The position numbers were made by a program, and so were the translations under genes. Positions 13,528 to 24,842 of a stretch of 64,000 bases of DNA are shown here, piece after piece. The stretch spans positions 29,011,074 through 29,075,073 of the forward strand of contig NC_135760.1 of the NCBI RefSeq assembly GCF_052425735.1. The letters are read 5' to 3'. The first letter of the stretch is position 1. Every line of letters begins with the position of its first letter. Source of the stretch: Oculina patagonica. Lineage: Eukaryota. Under the pieces are notes generated by a model. That model had not been told where the DNA came from and made no database searches. It saw only the letters and a list, made by a program, of their open reading frames with translations.

Positions 13528-13896
13528 GGAAAGAGGATGATCCTAGCACAAGGATCATCCTCCTTTCATGTAAAATGGAATGATCCTAGTGCTAGGATCA
13601 CCCTAGTACTAGGATCATCCGACCGCCATATGTTTTCAGCTTTCAGTTTACATGTGAATGGTTGCATTTGGCCCTAACGCTAGGATCATCCTAGCGCTAG
13701 GACCATCCTATCTGAGATGAGGGATGATCCTACCGCTAGGATGATCCTAGCGTTAGGGCCAAATGCAACCATTCACATGTAAACTGAAAGCTGAAAACAT
13801 ATGGCGGTCGGATGATCCTAGTACTAGGATGATGCTAGCACTAGGATCATTCCATTTTACATGAAAGGAGGATGATCCTTGTGCTAGGATCATCCT
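13528..13896. mobile_element. Foldback element: ~185-bp perfect inverted arms rich in GGATGATCCTAGCAC sub-repeats
   Basis: The left arm 13528-13700 is the reverse complement of 13725-13896. The ORF-track ORFs 13432..13677(+) and 13753..13938(-) share an identical peptide tail as a consequence. Confidence 0.85.
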
Positions 13897-14261
13897 CTTA
13901 AAATTAACACATTCATTTGCCGCTATTCTTGTAAGCACCTTAACCTTATGCCGTTTTGGTCAGGTGCACGTGCACTCTGCAGTTCCGTTAACGTAATAAG
14001 GGTATGTACCGTATGTTATTATTCAACACATGCGCGCGCTGCCCATATGAAATGTAAACGTTATCTGTCATCCGTACACAACAGATATCCTGCGATATAC
14101 TAAGGTTGCGAAGATTCGTCCGAAATCTTGTAAAGCGCTGCATAAAATTTAAATACAGATTTTCTATCTGCAAAATGTGTTTCGTTGACAATTTGTTGAA
14201 TAATAAAACAATTATCCTGCTCAATCTTGCGGAGTATCGTCTGATTTTAGCCAACTCGGCC

Positions 14262-15500
14262 TACGGCCTCGTCGTTAGGCCTAGACAGATTGTGCTCGCA
14301 AAATCATGAAAAGTTGCTCTTTTTAAAGCCAAAAAGTTGCTAAAATGTTGCCCAAAAACCCAAAAAGTTGCTACTAAAACTTCAAAAGTTGCTACTTTAA
14401 TATATCAATATTTCATACAAATATTATTAAATATCATCAATCATTGTTCTTTTTGGATAATTGGAACTTAAGAAAGTCCAATATATTAATCTGAAGTGTA
14501 TATCTTGGGCACATGTATATTATAAAAGGTTTGCACAGTTGCAGAAAAAACTTAATATATTAAGTGTGGTTTTCCGCTGGCTGAGGAACGAAAGAAGCGG
14601 AAAACGTTTTTCTCCCACACGGCTGGGAGCCTGGGTTCGAGTGTATGGGGGGTTTCAGGTCACGTGAGACGTTCACGGTTCACTTTGCGTTTGCCATCCG
14701 CCATTGCCTGACACCCCCCACCCACCCACCCATGGAGTAATTCTAGGGGCAATTGAGTTGGTGTTTTCATTTAGGGACCATGTAGTTTCGTTCGCTTGAT
14801 TCGTGTCTTCATATTGTTTTGTTTATTTTATTGCGAGTCTTTTTTGATTCAGTAATTTTTTTTTGATGTATTAGAGTTATTGTTTTAATAAAGGTCAGGC
14901 TGCGTGGTTCGGCTTGGCATGGCTCCCAGTTGTGTGTGAGAAATGCTCTTGCATCTTATTGAGCAATGTCAACAAATTAAAGAAAATAACGCCAATGTGC
15001 GTGCTAAATACTCTGTTCAGTCGCATAACAAAATGCATTAGATTTCCTGATGAGCAATATCAGTAACTTCAACAAAACTAATAACAAGTATGTTCTCTCG
15101 ATTCTGTCTTCTCAAAGTTTATCAGTTGTAAAACTGTGGAACACGCTGCCGACGCTGGGCAACCAGGCCAAGAAAGCCTGGGCGACCAGGCAGTGGTAGT
15201 GAACCGAAAATAACTGGGGACGAGGTGGGCTTATGATGCCCTCTCAACACCTCCTCAACACCCGTTCCCTGCTAGTATGCAAAGTATCAATGTTTTTACA
15301 GAAATAGATGTTTCCTTTTCAAAATTTCAACCACATGTTAATTTTTGTGATTCTTATTAGGCATATCAATACAAAGTTGCTCAAAAGTTGCTCAGAAAGC
15401 CAAAAGTTGCTCAAGGTTGCTAAAATTGGAAAAAGTTGCTCCAAACGCCAAAAGTTGCTCAAAAGTTGCCGAGCACAATCTGTCTGGGCCTACTCGTCGT
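14262..15500. mobile_element. ~1.2-kb element bounded by a ~30-bp inverted repeat (..ctagacagattgtgctc / gagcacaatctgtctgg..) with AAGTTGCT(C/A) minisatellite arrays just inside both ends
   Basis: IR at 14262-14296 versus 15466-15500. There are 6-8 direct copies of aagttgct at 14300-14400 and 15370-15478. Confidence 0.6.
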
Positions 15501-15567
15501 GGGGCGAAACGAAGGAATAAACCGGGCAGAAATGATTTCTGCCCGGTTTATTCCTTCGTTTCGCCCC
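15501..15567. repeat. Perfect 67-bp palindrome (ggggcgaaacgaaggaataaaccgggcagaaatgatttctgcccggtttattccttcgtttcgcccc)
   Basis: Exact reverse-complement symmetry. Confidence 0.9.
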
Positions 15568-15915
15568 ACAAAGGGCCTGTTTACATGGGGGGAGGGTGCC
15601 CGGCTAACCGAGTTGCCCGGCTAGAAGGGATGAAACATAGCCCGCCTTTACATGCAGAATTCATAGCCCTTCTACCCGAGTTGAGACAGCGTCATTGAAG
15701 CGTGTCACAGCGTGGGAAAACCATGTAGCTCCTAATGATTGACGAAAAATATGACTTTTTATGAAATAATATCAAGGCTAGCCGTCTTCAAACCTATTTT
15801 ATTTTGATGTGCAAGCTCTTAGAACTTTAGTACGTCCATTTATGGGGGAATTCAATCGAAATTCAACAGTCTTTGGCCGCCAAATTGAAATTAAATTTGT
15901 TGCTTCGTGAGTTAA

Positions 15916-16935
15916 GCCGGGGGGGGGGGGTACTCCATATAACGGCCTATACGGGGAGGCTCCGCCCGAAAGGGGTACCTTTTTCAGGCTTCAGGTATAT
16001 AAAAGGGTAGCGATTTCACAAGTTTAGGTATATGAAAGGGTATGAAAATCCGTCATTTAGGTTTTTTAAAAGGCCTGTAATTAAAATATTTCGAACAGAC
16101 CCACTTTATGGCTGTATTATTTTAATTTATTAAGCGCTTCATAAAAAGGACAAGAATACTTCCTGTTCTAAGGCTATGTCACGTCTTTAAGGTAGGCTTT
16201 TATAGATTGTGCTAGCATAATTTTTGGCATAATTGGAGCTAAAAAGCATAGTTTGTGAAACGAGCACTGCCACGGCATAATTAGCAATTTTTAGCACTTT
16301 TTGGAGCATAAATTCATAAAATGTAGTAAATATGGTGTACTTTCTACAGAAATAAATGAAATTTATGTAGTTTGTTCTTGCAATGCGTGTTTTAGCTATA
16401 CAATTGTGATTGTTAAGTCGTTGGAGGCATTTTACAAACGGTTTAGAGATGCGAGCAGCTAATTTGGACAGCTGACGGCCGTGATAAACTGCCATAAACA
16501 CAAATAAATTTACAACAACAGTTTATTTAAAAAACATCATAATTTGGTGTCGTTATTGCGCACCTCTATGTATAGAATCTACGTCATTTTGTGAGCATAA
16601 TTTCGGAAATCAGAAGCATAATTTGGGAATTCTGGCATAATTTTTGCATAATTTGGCAAAATTTTGAGCACTGCTAGTAGCATAATATGCCACTTTTAGG
16701 AGCACAATCTATAAAAGCCTACTTTAAGGTATATGAAAGGGGTACCTTTTTTCAGTAAAAGGTATACGAAAGGGGTACAATTTCTGTCAAAATAGTATAT
16801 AAAAGGGTAAGGGGTAAGAGCTTGGGGCGCAACCTCGTTCCCAGGGCTTTTCCCTTGGTGATTTGGAAAGGTTGCTTGGGGCGGAGCCTCCCCGTATAAA
16901 ACTTTTTTGAGTGCCCCCCCCCCCCCGGGGAGTTA
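15916..16935. mobile_element. TIR element E2 (~1.0 kb) nested in E1; TIRs carry poly-G/poly-C and tacggggaggctccgccc
   Basis: 15916-16010 is the reverse complement of 16840-16935 (ccgggggggggggtactcc.. / ..ggggcggagcctccccgta..cccccccccccgggg). Confidence 0.7.
16188..16722. mobile_element. TIR element E3 (~535 bp) nested in E2; TIR gtaggcttttatagattgtgct..
   Basis: 16188-16215 is the reverse complement of 16698-16722. Internal gcataatttttggcataatt motifs are inverted at both ends. Confidence 0.7.
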
Positions 16936-17363
16936 GGATAATCATTCCTACGAAAATTTCGAATTAATTAACTGTTGCCCAAAGAAAAATTTTCCAGCCT
17001 ACAGATAAAACTAATTTGATCTAATTTTGGTCAAATAGCACTGTTTGGGTCCAGAATTTATACATTTTATGCCAATAACTTCAAATTAAGAACACGCGCG
17101 AAGACTATCCCGGCAAGCCGGGATAGCCCGGGCATAACCGTTTACATGGCAAAAAGCTATCCCGCCTAGAAGGGTGCCCCGGGCAAGCAGACCGAGTGCC
17201 CCGGCAAGGCGGGTTTCCCGTCTTGCATGTAAACGCTTCGATGCGTTCTCTAAAGAAACGTATGAAAAGTTGGCTCGCCTAGGGTAGCTCGGTTAGCCGG
17301 GGCACCCGCCTTCCATGTAAACAGGCCCTACCTGTGTACTTTAATTTTCGTCATTGTTAATTA

Positions 17364-20300
17364 AAAGCATACGGTGTACGATGAGTATCATGCGTTAAAA
17401 TCTTGAAAAGTTACATGAAATCTTGAAAAGTTACATGAAATCTTGAAAAAATACATAAAATCTTGAAAAGTGACATGAAATCTTGAAAACACGAAAAAAT
17501 CTTGAAAACAAAGTGAAAAATCTTGAAAAACGCGAAAAAATCTTGAAAACGCGAAAAAAATCTTGAAAAACGGTAAAAAATCTTGAAAAACGCAAAAAAA
17601 TCTTGAAAACGCAAAAAAAATCTTGAAAACGCGAAAAAGCTTGAAGATTAATAAAGGTCAAATGAGATATTGATCTCACGTGAGACGACGTGCTTGCATG
17701 TTGAATACATGTCTGTTAGGCCCACATACACTACTCCCTTTGAGCTGTTTCGGTAAAAGTATTGGTTGAGATTTGCGTTTTGGAACTCAACTAACTGCCT
17801 CCATTTTTAGTGTAGTGTTTGAACTACACTTATGCGGTGGTTGTGGGTGAGGAAAAAGTGCTACCGGGATAACGCTAGGTGTGGACTAATGCTCACTGAA
17901 GTGGAACAAGCGCGCCATTCATTTTGAAAGATCGGCTTTCAGCAAAAGATCGTATGTAATTATATGCAAGATTCAAATCCTCGCGTTTCCCAGTATGAAT
18001 TGCAAGAATTTCTTGTCTTTCGCCGCAAAAGAAACAGCAAATACATGTCAAAAACTTCGAGTTGCAAGTAAAGTTTTTTTGTCAAACATGAAAGCGAAAG
18101 TTTTTTAATGTACCACGAGTAATTTAAAAGCAGCATGCTCTTTTCCTAAAACATCAACAATCGGTCACGCAAATTGAACATGGAGAAATGTCAAGTATGT
18201 CCTTCGTCTGAGAGCGGAATGGTTCGTCACAAGGACTATTGGCTTGAGTTTTCTCGCCTGCATTGTAGCAGGACTTGTCGCAATATCCTCAATATAGTCC
18301 TAAACCGGCCGTTTAGACTGTGTGACGGGGGCTTATGTTTTCAGACCGTGAGGCAGTAGATTTGACCGTTTAGCGGTAAATTTTTCGCGTGATGTTAAAT
18401 ATCATGTTCGGCAAGCTGCCACTATTTGTCGGCATGACTGTGTGCATTGCATTGAAGTTTACTGATGATAAAAATAAATCCTGCAATTGGTGATCCAAAT
18501 TTTAAAGACAGCGATTTTGGTAGCGTTTAAAGTACTGAGAGCAGCTGTTTCCACTGTGCGTGCTAAACTTACAAAGGGCTTTGAATGGCGTTTTTTTTTG
18601 TTCTTAAACTATATTCATTTTGGGGCTTTCAAAGGTCGCACGCAATTAAATATACAAGATTCAAATCTTTGCATTTAAGCAAAGTGTGTTTTGGAAGAAT
18701 TTCTTGTCTTTCGCCACGAAAAAATTTTTTTAACACAGCAAGCACTTGACTAAAACTATAAGAATTGAATGTTTAAAACAGTAAGAGTCAAATCAAAAGT
18801 AGCGAGTAAAGTTTATTTGTCAAACACAAAAGCGAATGTTTCTAAATTTACAACCACTGAGTAATTTAATAGCCTGCGTGACGCATTCTTAATAATAAAA
18901 ACAACATCCCGTCACGAGTTGATCGTTTTCTCATGTTTTCTCGAGTGAAAAGAAGAAAAAATCAAATTTCCAGTTCCTCACCCTTTACAGGAACGTAAGA
19001 TGAGCAGACTTGAGCAGAATTTCGTTGTCCTCGTGGAAATTTTATTTTGAGCAGAAAACTTGATTTCTCACGGGCATACATTGCCGCGAGCGTCATTTAT
19101 CACGTGATGCATTAGTCTCTTCATCGGCCATTTTGGAGTTTGTAGAGTAGTTTGTAGTAGTTTTTACGTAGCTCGAGTGATAGGAAGCGATTCATTGCTA
19201 ACCTCGCGAGATCGTGATTGATTATCTCGAGTATTTAACTGTTCGCATTTTATGTTGAACACTGACAATACAACTTCTAACATTCCTGTGCAACCCATGA
19301 TTTTTTTCTTACTTGCTTGCTAACAATATTTGATTGTGATTCCACAAAATCTTTGTACCCACCCCACAGAGGTTCATTGGAAATTCTGATGGGAGAGGGG
19401 GGAGGGGGTCTCACAATTAAACTTTTAAAATAAAGTATGAAGATAAACCGAAATTTCCAGAGATGTAGGATGTTGGGGTGGGGGGGGGGGGGGGTATTAA
19501 TAGCACATTTGTATCAAACACTACACTGTCCGTACGGACCGCTCGTTTTATTCGTTTTGTCTCGTTACTTGCATCCAACAAATAAATTCTATTACAGTTT
19601 GATTACTGCATTTGAAGTCTCCAGGATGCGGTAACGATGATCTCTTCTGGCAATTTTTTTATTCTTAAGCAAGACTCGAGTTTCGGTTCTTCAGTGGAAC
19701 TCATCAGTTGCTCCTAAAGTCTCGTCCAATTATTTGAAATCATTCGATTTGCCGTTTTTGTACAAATCTCAACACCCAAGCTAAGGGGAGCTTGAAAAAC
19801 TGAAATAACTCACAATGCTTTGAGACTGCATTACCCTTGAAAGGACTCGGATCTTAGATCTTCGCATCCGTTGAAAAGACACAATCCTGCGAGCTGACCG
19901 CACGCTTATGATAAACAAAATCATTGTTCGAGATGCCTGCAGAACAAGCGGTTTTTATATTTTTCATTCGCGCTTCGCGCTCGCCCTCGCGTGACCCGCT
20001 AAATAAAAACCTAGCACTTCGCGCCTCGACCCGCAAAATAAACCGCCTGTTCTGCAGGCTATGTTCGAGAGGTCTACTGATCCGATACACGTTCCAGACA
20101 GTGAGACAACAATATTCTTTTAAAGGACTGATAAACGACTTTTAACTAAACATGCCACAGAACAAGCAAACAAAATGGCATTAATATTTTTACTGAAACA
20201 GCTCTAGAGATCTAGAGAACAGACATGTATTCAACAAGCACGTCGTGTCACGTGAGATCAAGATCTCATTTGACCTTTTCATATTAATTTTCAAGCTTCC

Positions 20301-20683
20301 AGCGTTTATATCAAGATTTTCGCGTGATTTTCAAGATTGTTTGGCGTTTTTCAAGTTTTCTCGCGTTTTTCAAGATTTTTCGCGTTTTTCAAGATTTTTT
20401 TGCGTTTTCAAGATTTTTTCACGTTTTCAAGATTTTTTCGTGTTTTTCAAGATTTTTCGCTTTTTTCAAGATTTTTTTCGCGTTTTCAAGATTTTTTCGC
20501 GTTTTTCAAGATTCTTCACTTTGTTTTCAAGATTTTTTCGTTTTTTTCAAGATTTCATGTCACTTTTCAAGATTTTATGTATTTTTTCAAGATTTCATGT
20601 AACTTTTCAAGATTTTATGTATTTTTTCAAGATTTTAGCGCATGATACTCATCGTACACCGTAAAAGCACACTATTTTTTAGC
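17364..20683. mobile_element. Foldback (FB)-like element ~3.3 kb. Each terminus is a 30-bp TIR, then a ~250-350-bp array of ~11-bp tandem repeats (AATCTTGAAAA..), then a 65-bp inverted repeat; the 2.5-kb interior is non-coding
   Basis: 17364-17393 is the reverse complement of 20654-20683. The satellite at 17394-17640 mirrors 20290-20640, with the tcttgaaaa and ttttcaaga orientations opposed. 17650-17715 is the reverse complement of 20222-20283. The interior has two ~200-bp direct repeats (17960-18130, 18655-18870) and a small hairpin at 19927-20068. Confidence 0.75.
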
Positions 20684-21021
20684 ATTGTTATTTTAATACA
20701 CCTTTATTTCCGGAAAAGTTATGTTTAAACGACATCTACTTCTCCGTGAAGGCTGCAGGAATAACAGAGGCAGCGGAAAGCACGAGGACGGGATGTACTC
20801 CATCCCTGGATCCATTCATTTAATGTTAGTCACTATTTGGTCTGTTTAAGTATCTTTGTTGTGTATAGTTAGTTAGTTCTCTTCGCGCCATGAGGCGCAT
20901 AAGGCTGTAACTGTCTCTCGCCAATTATCAGAATTAAACTTAAAGTTCTGTTGAACATTGGACGTTGTTGTTTTGTTTTTTAAATAGCGTAGTTTGCTAT
21001 AAAAATTACTACGCATCAAAT

Positions 21022-21985
21022 TCGCGTTAATTAACTGCATGTAAGGGACCGGTCATTATTTATGTAGAGGGGGGGAGGGAAAAATATGTTGGAAAGATCA
21101 AAATTTCTGTAAGGCCCCCCTCCAGGCCATGTAAGTAGCAAGTGACCCCCCCTTCTTTATTCAATATTTACGTGATGACCCCCCCCCCCCACCTCATATC
21201 TCCCTTTATATGCCTCAAGTAATTTATTATTAAATGCATGTTACATACAATCTTAATTGCACACTTGTTCTAATTCAAAAAGGCTGGATCAACACTTAGT
21301 CAACCAAGGCTTCTTTGCTATGGATACTTGTCCAGCAATACGGCAAATTTTTGGATGAGTTATGTGTATAGTAAACATACCTCTATTATTAACTCCTTAA
21401 CTTTGGAAAAGTGGTAGTTTTTACAAATTATGCTCTCATGGTGAACACAAATGTAATAACCATGCAAAATATAATTCCTTTCCAATGATTTTCCTAAAGT
21501 TGTAAAGGGATTACTTTGAATTCTTGTTGTCATAAATATCATGTTTTATTACTTCTTGGGCTATTGCAGTGATAATCATTTTGTAAAAAGAAAATAATTT
21601 CAGTCAAACCAGATATTAAAGCAGATTATAAAGGTCTGGTTTCTTTATTAACTAAAATTAATTTTAAGATAACAATGGAGTTTAGAGTGAAAACAGTATT
21701 TCTGTAAAATACAAATCACTAAAGTTGTACATAATAGTGGAGTTTAAACAAAAGAAAACAATAGAAATAGCATAAAATTGTACAATTTAGCATCTCACTG
21801 TTTCACATATGGTGTTTGCACTGTTCTATTTAACTGTTTTACCCACCTCAAACTGCTTATCCCCCCCTAAACTTCTTTATAAAAAATTTTAGCCCCCCCT
21901 CTTGCCACTCTGAAATAGCCTTGACCCCCCCCTTCTTTTTTTCCCTCCCCCCCTCTACATAAATAATGACCGGTCCCTAAGCACA
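21022..21985. mobile_element. TIR-bounded ~1-kb non-autonomous element immediately upstream of SPT4 (TIR gggaccggtcattatttatgtagaggggggg)
   Basis: 21045-21075 is the reverse complement of 21945-21975. Subterminal poly-C/poly-G tracts are mirrored at both ends. Confidence 0.7.
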
Positions 21986-22099
21986 CACCACACGAGAATT
22001 CGCGTTAATTAAATGCATGTTAACATAAATTTTCGACAATTCGCGTTAATTTTATTACGCGTACATTTTGTTCGCGTTGTTAAAATGCTTCGTTATATT

Positions 22100-22125
22100 C
22101 CTATAATAAGGTAACTCCGAGGATG
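22100..22125 (+). promoter_or_regulatory. Candidate TATA-like element (cctataataagg) ~135 bp upstream of the SPT4 ATG
   Basis: Sequence motif only; the TSS is unknown. Confidence 0.25.
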
Positions 22126-22249
22126 TCGCCCTGAGGAGAAGACAAAATGTGTCCCCATACATGACATAACGCGCTTTCAGCGACCGACCGCTGATCGAGG
22201 AGTAAGAGGCAAAAGGATTTTGCGTGAACGACTAGACGAACTGTACGAG

Positions 22250-22312
22250 ATGGAGAGTGTGCCAAAGGAGTTGAGAAATCTTCGAGCTTGTCTGCTTTGT
22301 TCCTTGGTGAAG
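22250..22312 (+). CDS. SUPT4H1: SPT4 (DSIF small subunit / SUPT4H1 orthologue) exon 1: [21 protein letters not shown]
   Basis: ATG at 22250; donor gtgaag|gtagaa. Near-identical to human [23 protein letters not shown]. Confidence 0.9.
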
Positions 22313-22604
22313 GTAGAAAATTTAAGTACAAAGAAAACACAGTCAGATTTCTGTATAGTGTACCTTTCCATTTTGTTTTAGTATCTTTTCAGAGCGATCT
22401 TTTCATAATGTCCAAACAAATGAGATCTCTCTTAGAAAATTTACTCTTTGATCTCTTTGATCAAACTTAGTTCCAAAGAATATTGCTGAACATTATTTCT
22501 TTCTGTTTCATCCGACATGACCCATGATTTGTTGCCCATACAAAGCGTGGCCAATTTACAAGCACATGTGTGATTAATATACCTTTTCCTTTGTCCTTTT
22601 ATAG

Positions 22605-22711
22605 ACACTTGAGCAATTTGAATATGATGGTTGTGAAAATTGCGAGAAGTATCTCAGGCTAAAAAACAACAAAGAAAACATTCTGACCTGTACAAGTGCA
22701 AACTTTGATGG
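22605..22711 (+). CDS. SUPT4H1: SPT4 exon 2: TLEQFEYDGCENCEKYLRLKNNKENILTCTSANFDG
   Basis: Acceptor cttttatag|aca and donor gatgg|gtaagt. Matches human [36 protein letters not shown], including the zinc-finger cysteines. Confidence 0.9.
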
Positions 22712-24567
22712 GTAAGTAACTGGTAATTTTTGTGTAAACATAAACACACTCTAAGATACATTGTATTTTGGCGTAAAACATCGTGGCTTTGTTACATGTA
22801 CCTTCAATACATGTATTTAACAAAGAGAAAACCATTTCATGTTTCTCTTGAGTTATAGTGGAAGTTTGGGGGAACGAGAAATGCTGTGGGAACACGAGCC
22901 GATAGGCGAGTGTTTCCACAGCTTTTCTGAATTCTCATGAGTGTTTCTATATATTTCTATATATTTCTATATTTTTCTATATATATAGACTTTCTAAAAG
23001 TCGTTCGCTTTTTCATTTCCGGTTTGGTGGTAGTAGACCCCGGTGCGAACGACTTTTATCACTTGCAGCGTGCCAAAATTACCGGAGGAATTTTCCTCCG
23101 GTAGAATTGACCAATCAGAGAACAGCGTTGTCAAGTTCACGTCAATCAAACCAGATCCTTGCCAGACCCGCCAGGTAATGATCGATCACGCGTGAAAGAT
23201 GAAACCAGCAATCTGTATATCGCACGTAGACTTTCTTGTCGTGTTGTGATATTCGTCGATTCTTCTGTTTTTGTTCGTTTATTTTTTCACCATGCACTCA
23301 GTTGAGGAGGCAATCGAATATGGCTTACGAAAGACAAATTACAAAGATGCCCGTGAACATCAGCGAAAAGTTATCGAAGCTTACTGCAGCGGAAAAGACG
23401 TTTTTGTTTATAGCAAAAACAGATGACAGGCCTACACAGACTCCTACTTCGTGACTTATGTACAAAATAAGCCGTTCGGTAAAATTGGATTTGGTCGTCC
23501 AATTTATTTTGACGCTTCAAAGTTGTTTGGAAAGGGCACTATGCTCTGTCACTTGTATTATAAGAAGGCGATTTTAGGTTATAAAGTAGAGTCGAAAGAC
23601 TGCCGCTTAGCAGATGTGTAGAGATGATAGATCTGCACGGTTTCCCGTTAGAACATTTTGACACCTCTGTATTAAATTTTGCTATTGCGGTTAGTCTTGG
23701 CTCATTCATATTCGCAAGATGTGTTTTAAGCTCTTAAAATGTTCGCTCTGGAAGGACACAGGTCTTTTTTCCGTGAATATGTTGATTATGTACTTGCATT
23801 CTATATTTGCAAGGCCGGGCCCGGCTGTATATAGTGTTGCAATGTGTGTTGCTTTTTATCACGGATGACATATTTATTCCTGTCCACTTTAGCCAGGCGA
23901 CTGCGTAGCTTTATTTTGCAAAGCTATTGCTTTGTTTTAGAGACACGTTATTTACTGTCGCTAAGGATATGTATCTTGCATCAATTGTAACGAGCGTTTA
24001 GTCTTTTGAGCTCGATGTTTTGGGTTTTCGCCTCTTTCCTTTGTTCGTTGTGTGACATTTGCACCACAAGATAAATGTAGGATTCATGTAGATTTACTGC
24101 ATATCTAACCACACGCAAGTCGGTTGACTTTTTTGCGTGTTGTGTATGCCACTATATTATATATAGTACAGACAAATATTTTCTGGCAAAGCGACGCGAA
24201 CATAACATTTCGTTGGAGTGTTTTCCTCCGCCATGAGCTCCGAGTGTAAAATTGACTACATATCGAAAGCGCGAAAATGAGCGGCGTTTTCCTCCAAAAG
24301 CCATTACTTGCGAAAAGAAATTTTGACAGCTTGACAGTTAAGCGAACGACTTATAGTAAGTCTAGAGCTGTAATCTAAGCTGTCCTTTTGTTTATTCGTG
24401 GTTGTAAATAGTAACTAAATGTAAATTATTTTTTGAACTGTTCAATAAATGTTTTTGCAAACAAAAACAAAAAAAAAAAAAAAAAGTCTAAACAGTTTTG
24501 ACACCCTGCCGTCTCGGAGAATTTCGCGCCAAAATCACGTCATTTGATGCGTTCTCCTGCAGGGGAA

Positions 24568-24649
24568 ACAAGTCGAGCTCTCGCGCTTCGCGCTCGCTCT
24601 CGCGCTGCGCGCTCGCCTTCGCGCTTCGCGCTCTGTGAGCTCGACTTGT
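24568..24649. repeat. Hairpin with 13-bp arms (acaagtcgagctc / gagctcgacttgt) enclosing CGC-rich tcgcgcttcgcgctcgc repeats; a related hairpin lies at 19927-20068
   Basis: Direct inspection. Both hairpin loci share the motif ttcgcgcttcgcgctcgcc. Confidence 0.65.
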
Positions 24650-24667
24650 AAGCAAGTCTACTATATA

Positions 24668-24842
24668 TACAGTAGAACCCCGGTAACTTGAACTCGGATA
24701 ACTCGAACAACCCTGCTAACTCAAACTAACTTCCATTTCCCTTGGACCCACTTTTCAGTCATTTTTACTCAGTTAACTCGAAAACACCACCAACTGAAAC
24801 TGCTTTTCGTTTCCCTTGAGAGTTCAAGTTACCGGGGTTTAA
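24668..24842. mobile_element. Small MITE (~175 bp), TIR agtagaaccccggtaacttgaactc; a family member is at 44884-45075
   Basis: 24668-24695 is the reverse complement of 24815-24842. The 44884-45075 region shares cagtagaacc.cggt.acttgaact...tcatttt..gttaactcgaa...ttcgtttccct. Confidence 0.7.

Larger units (their letters stand above)
15573..17334. mobile_element. TIR element E1 (~1.76 kb), terminal gggcctgtttacatgg.. / ..ccatgtaaacaggccc, hosting nested insertions
   Basis: The left 15573-15630 is the reverse complement of 17290-17334. Internal catgtaaac sub-repeats occur near both ends. Confidence 0.7.

Noticed and set aside
17394-17640. Regularly spaced short direct repeats resembling a CRISPR array; mirrored at 20290-20640
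   Set aside because: The repeat units are contiguous with no unique spacers. The two arrays are inverted copies forming the termini of a foldback element, and the context is eukaryotic, with introns and SNF2, SPT4 and GPCR genes. It is a satellite within TIRs, not CRISPR.
20245-20664. ORF-track ORFs of 92-139 aa with FSRF/FKIF-repeat peptides (and 17411..17679 on the minus strand)
   Set aside because: They are translations of the tandem satellite; the periodic repeat simply lacks stop codons. They are not coding.
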